This document shows positions 58,713 to 64,000 of a stretch of 64,000 bases of DNA, one piece after another. Source of the DNA: the human T2T-CHM13v2.0 reference genome, Homo sapiens. The notes under the pieces are model-generated. The model worked only from the letters and a program-made list of their open reading frames with translations, was not told the origin of the DNA and searched no databases. A program made the position numbers and the translations under genes. Where the stretch lies: the NCBI RefSeq assembly GCF_009914755.1, contig NC_060926.1. The stretch is one strand, 5' to 3'. The stretch's first letter is position 1, and each line of letters starts with the position of its first letter.

Positions 58713-60799
58713 GATCTAATGCTTTTAAGCCATTTTAGCTGTCAATTGTCTTGGTAGTAGAACTTTTTAAACAAAAGGCTTTACTTAACACTCAAAATGT
58801 GAAATGGATCAGCTCTGAAGTCTTTTGGGTTGAGAAGTGGAATGGGGCCCCTTTCACCTTACTCCCATGTTGCTGTGGCTTCCTCAGAGGAGGCACCTCC
58901 ACAAAACCCTAGAGCTCCAGGAAGTACAGTTTCAGAACTGCTGATTTAGATGAATTTTTTCCCTTACAGAGAAGGACTTGGAAATTCGGAAGGTTAAGAG
59001 ACTTATCAACAAACAGTTTGTGGTAGACACCAGCCTTGTGAGGATTCAGGCCCCCTGACTCCTGTCTGGGGCTCCTGCCCATTCATGCTGCACTTTCTTC
59101 CTTTGGTTCTTTTCTCTGCTTTTTGTTTAGAAAAAGGAAGATAAGTTGTGTTATTTTTTCCACCTCTTCCACCAGCTTCACTTTCCTTAATCTGTCTTGT
59201 GCAACTGGAAATGCATAATGTTTGTTTTTACTGTGGGACTGGACGTTGGCAAAGGGTGAGATTCAGGAAGGTTCAGAAAGAAGGAAGATTTCTATTTGCT
59301 ACTGTTCTTTACAGACAGTTTTTATTTTGGTTTTGATTTGTGTGACTGTGCTGGGTGTCTTACCTTATTTGAGAGTATTCTCATGGGGCTGTGTGTCAGC
59401 CCGGTAACTCCAGGTCCTTCTTTAATGCTAATTTCCCATCACGGGCAGCCACTGGCAGCTGGCCCATAAATGACAGTGACGTGGCCCCTGAGTACCACTC
59501 ATTTACAATTGTATTGCTACTTTTGACAGTTCCACGAAGAAAGCCTAACAAAATCTTCAAAGTTTTCTTTGAGAAAGCATCCGGTAATGTCTGTCCCTTA
59601 TCTGAACAGCCCTCTCTATACCTTGTCACTCACTGCTCCCCTGACTTGCTTGATGTGACTTGGTTCTCTGTGTCAATGATAGGCTCTTGTATGTGACTGG
59701 CAACACCCACATTCATATGAAAATCACTCCCTCTGCTATTTGAACTTTCATCCTGTGATGAATCCATTGAATAACAGTGCGTTTAATATTCTTATGCAAC
59801 TATTTCTGAAGTGCTTTTTATGCATTTCATTTTTTAGGGTTCCCCCCAACTTACATGGAAAAGGGATGGTTGCATTTCTGTGTCATATGCATATTCTTTG
59901 TGGAGGCACCGGTAATTCTGAGCTTGGGAAGTAAATGAAATTTCCTGTCTTTGAACTTAAAGTCTTTTGATTTTTAAGATTTGACTGCTTTGAATGATAA
60001 ACTTCTAATATACAAGCATCTACTTACACATGTATCCAAATAAAGACTACGCTAAACACTGGCCCAGGAAACCTAAGCAGTGAATGCTTCTTTGAGATGG
60101 ATCTCGGAAGAATGGCTGAAACTAGAGCTCTCTTTGCAATGCATTGTTATTTGCTTGATGGTTGTCAATTAGAATTTTCATTGGGAAAACACTGTAAATC
60201 TTTAGAACAAAGCTTGCTTTATTGCAGGACTGTATGGGCTGCCCTTCGGGAGGAAAAAAAATCTGCCAAAGCAAACATTTGGTGGACCTCTGTGTTTTAT
60301 GAAAGCCACGGAATTAGTAATTTCCCCCAGTTACAGAGTTTTATGAAGGAAAGCCACCCCAAATAGGCATCGTGAGGAGTATGAGGCATGTGGACTTGAT
60401 GCCAGAGTGAAGCAATCTCCCTCATTCACGTGGTGCTTTTGCTTCTCACAGTGTCTGTGTGTACTTACTTCAGAGGTTGCTCTGCTTCACATCCGGCTTT
60501 CCATTTTCCTTCGTGTCCTGAGACCCTGATAGGTGATAGTGTCTGAAGGGGTGTCCCAGGAGGGAGATGTGCAGGCCACCTCTGGTGCCTCCTTCCTAGA
60601 CCAGGCTTCTGTCCCTTCCCACCTCCTACCCCCACCAAGATTCTGTTGATGGGAGGAAGGGGGATATGTTGCCTGGTTTTACCTTCTAGCGAGATTATGA
60701 ACCTCTGTGTGTTCTCGTCTGAGCCTTAGGCTATCTAGACAGAAAACCAAAGTGGAGAATCATGAACATCACCCAGAGTAAGACAGCCACTCAGCGACT

Positions 60800-61010
60800 A
60801 TACTAGAGGAGAGCGGTTGAATGTGACAGGGCCGGGCTCACATACTGGCCGTGGGACCTCGGGCAAGGTACACAGCCTCTCTGAGCCTCATTTTCCTCAC
60901 CTGTGTAATGGGCTATTACTTACCTTCTCTGTTTGATAAGTCAGTTTTAAGGTGTCATATGCGAATGAGCTCTTTGTAAACAATAGGAAGTACTCAACCC
61001 TTTTATTATG
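60800..61010 (+). mobile_element. MIR element (one of many degenerate MIRs in the window)
   Basis: MIR core gacctcgggcaaggtacacagcctctctgagcctcattttcctcacctgtgtaatggg. Confidence 0.75.
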
Positions 61011-61248
61011 AAATAAATCACTGGATGTGTACACTGTTCCTAAATAGAATCATACCTAATTTCTTTTGCTTTCTAAAATTAATAAATCAGCTGTTATTTA
61101 ATTTTGTTTGTTTGACTTCCACTCCCTACTTCCCTTTGCTCCTACTTGACTTTTTTCGTCCTGAATGACAGCAGTCTAAAAATGCCCATAAGCCACTCTT
61201 AAACACTAAATAAGCAAGCCTTGGCTGCATTTGGACCCTGGGGTATTA

Positions 61249-61686
61249 CAGTTGACCCCTGAACAACTTGGGGGTTAGGGATGCTGCGCCCCCATGTAGT
61301 TGAAAATTCATATATAATTTTTGACACCCCAAAGACTTAACTATCAATAGCCTACTATTGACTGAAAGCCTTACTAATAACATACACAGTCAGGTAACAC
61401 ACATTGTGCATGTTATATGTATCATATACTGTATTGTTACAGTAAGCTAGAGAAAATAAAATGTTATTAAGATCATCATAAAGAAGAGAAAATGTATGCA
61501 CTATTTGTTAAGTGGAAGTGGATCATTATAAAGGTCTTTATCCTCATCATCTTCACATTGAGGAGGAGGAGGAGGAGAATAGGGGGAGGAGTTGGTCTTA
61601 TTGTCTCATGGGTAGCAGAGGTGGAAGAAGATCCTCATGTAAGTGGACCTGCATAGTTCAAACCCATGTTGTTCAAGGATCCACTG
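61249..61686 (+). mobile_element. Tigger2a/MER28-like element, uninterrupted
   Basis: TA-cagttgacccctgaacaa ... ttgttcaaggatccactg-TA: TIRs and TA TSD. Confidence 0.85.
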
Positions 61687-61929
61687 TATTTGGTAAAATA
61701 TGACAGCTGAAAGCATTACCCCCTAGGCTTTGGATACTGCTTCATTGCTAATATTTGACAAGAATAAAATTACTTTGACCCAACTAAAAATTATTTGGCT
61801 AGATTGATCAAATGAGAGAAAAAATATATTTTTTACTTGTTTCAATTTTTTATTATACAGATTTTCAATTATTTTTCAATTTAAATTTTATTTTCAATTT
61901 ATTTTTCCACTTGTTTCAATTTTCTGTTT

Positions 61930-62720
61930 TCAAAAATATTTATAAATTTATAAATTTTCAAACATAAAGAAATGTTGATGCACCATTTGACAGTAAGTTG
62001 TAAACATAATAACTTCACCCCTAAAAACTTCAGCAGGCATCTGTTAAACAGAAAAATATAATTTTACAAAACCACATTACTGTTGTCATGCAAAAGAAAA
62101 TTAACAGTAATTCCTTAATGTTGTTTAGTAATTGGTTCATGTTCAGATTCTCCTAGTGTTCAAAATGTCTTTAATAACTGTTGTGGCCAAAGGAGAACCA
62201 GGATCCAAAATTCATATATTGCCTTTGATTATTGTATTTATTTATTCTTGTATTCTAAGACGGTCTTCCCACCTTTTTACTTTTCCATGAAGTTGACATT
62301 TTAAAGATATCAGATCTCTCGTTTTATAGAATATCCCACACTCTAGACTTGTCTGCTTGTTTCCTTTGGGGCTTGTTTAACTTGTCCCTCTATCCGTTGC
62401 ATTTCTGGAAACTGAAAGTTGGGTCTAAAGGCTTAATTAGATTCAGATTAAACTGGCTCTTTTTTGGCGATAATACTCCATAGGGATGATACATGTTGCA
62501 TTACGTCAGGAAGGACATACATGCCAGGTGGCTCCTATGTTAGGAATTACAAGTTTAATTACTTGGTTAAGGTAGTCTCCATTATAAGGGCACCTTTATC
62601 CCTTTGGAATTAGCAAGTACTATATGAGGTGACACTTGGACATCATGCGGATAACTTGTTTCCAGTAACTTTTTGTCTAGATCAGTGGTTATCCTTGTCT
62701 GGATTGTTTATTTTAGGGGG
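61930..62720 (-). mobile_element. Old L1MC/ME-like 3' fragment
   Basis: cttcacccctaaaaacttcagcaggcatc, gttttatagaatatcccacactctagacttgtctgcttgtttc. Confidence 0.6.
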
Positions 62721-62859
62721 AATTATAAAGGATGACTTCTTCATTGGTTATGCCTTTTATATTTGTTTGATGAGATTAATCCAGAGTTGGGGGTTAAGAC
62801 CCCAAGGCAAGGAATTGAGGAAGATGAATGTTTGTCAAAGGCTGGTCTTAGTTTTATGG

Positions 62860-64000
62860 ACTTCAAGCTTATTTGGTTTTATGGGTTCTCCTTAGGAAAA
62901 AAGTACAAAATTGCAGAAAAAAGTAAAAATTTTAAATGAGAAAGGGAAAGACAGTTCATAAAATTTTAAGACCTGACAAATATTATAAACATTATTAAAT
63001 CCATACAAATAATATAATATTAATTCCCTGACACACCTCTGTAATATTTTCCCCGACAGGTTTTGCTGCATGCTTTCTGATCTCTTTTTCATATGAAAAT
63101 AACCTGGCAATAGTATTTCCGTAGAGAGAACATCATGGTGGCTCAAAATTAGTTTTCTATTATTAAGAGTTTAGAAGAGCTTTCTTCACAGCTCATCATG
63201 TAAATTTTTAGAATCACTGTCCAACTTTGGAAAGCCTCTATCAATGTTTTTTTTACAGGCAAGCTGTAAAATTTCAGTACTTTTCAAGTTTTTGTGAAGT
63301 GATCAATATCAAATGTTTTTTGAATTGAATCAAATGTTGTCATTGACCTTTAGTGGCAAAGTGCAGGTTTTAGTTTTCTTCATTGATCTACTTTGTTCTT
63401 AAATCAGCAAGTAATTTAAGTACTTAATTAATGTTCTTATGATGCAGTCCTCTTTATTCATTGCCAGAAAGCCAAAGTCCTACTGATTATTTGTTTACAC
63501 TTTCTGATGTGATTTGCATATAATTTTGTTTGAGAATTATAAACACAGGAATTCTGATAAAGTTAGTTTGCAGGATTCTCCAAAAAGGAAAGGAACATGG
63601 TACATTTATAATTGCATATACTGCATTATCATATATGTTCCTGATGTGGGAGAGCCTCTAATTTCAGTTTTGACTATATGAATGAGAAGTGAGTCCTCTT
63701 CTTACAGTTTTACATGCTTGGTGTTTGGAAGATTTTTCCAGACACTGGTCCTGATTCCAGCATGATGACTTTACTGCAAGTGCTAGCTGCCACAGGACAC
63801 TTGAGAGTGCTGTGGGACCGCTGCTCTTGCATATCCTGTTATCATCCTGGTTACAAATGCACAGTGGGCATTAAGAGTATTTCTGGAAGCCATTTTTGCA
63901 CTGTAAAGACTGGCAGTGACTCAGCTATGCACAGAAATGACCACAAACCACATAAATATACCATGCTGAACCCAAACCAAATGTATCCTCAACTCAACGT
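62860..64000. mobile_element. Possible decayed hAT (Tip100/Zaphod-like) DNA transposon
   Basis: Weak by-eye resemblance at its start (caagcttattt ... ttaggaaaaaagtacaaaattgcaga); no intact ORF. Confidence 0.3.

Overview
Primate (human-like) genomic DNA, rich in repeats, covering the upstream region and 5' half of RHBDD1 (RHBDL4, ER rhomboid intramembrane serine protease) on the + strand. It holds a CpG-island promoter (~26.1-27.1 kb), a first non-coding exon ending at 26780, two candidate alternative 5'-UTR exons (28766-28847 and ~30102-30320) and the first two coding exons (55301-55823 with ATG at 55391, and 57882-58014; residues 1-189, including catalytic Ser144). The His-bearing exon and the rest of the gene lie beyond the window. 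The remainder is mostly Alu, L1, L2, MIR, MaLR/ERVL LTR and DNA-transposon remnants. Repeat subfamily names and boundaries were judged by eye and are approximate. I see no new multi-gene system. Best leads: (1) inverted Alus bracketing the two coding exons, predicting a 656-nt circRNA with a 199-aa ORF that keeps Ser144 but lacks the catalytic His; (2) splice-dependent uORFs that converge on one in-frame stop; (3) a MER85 piggyBac MITE retaining the CSB-PGBD3 palindrome; (4) a palindromic p53-family-like element ~2.2 kb upstream of exon 1.
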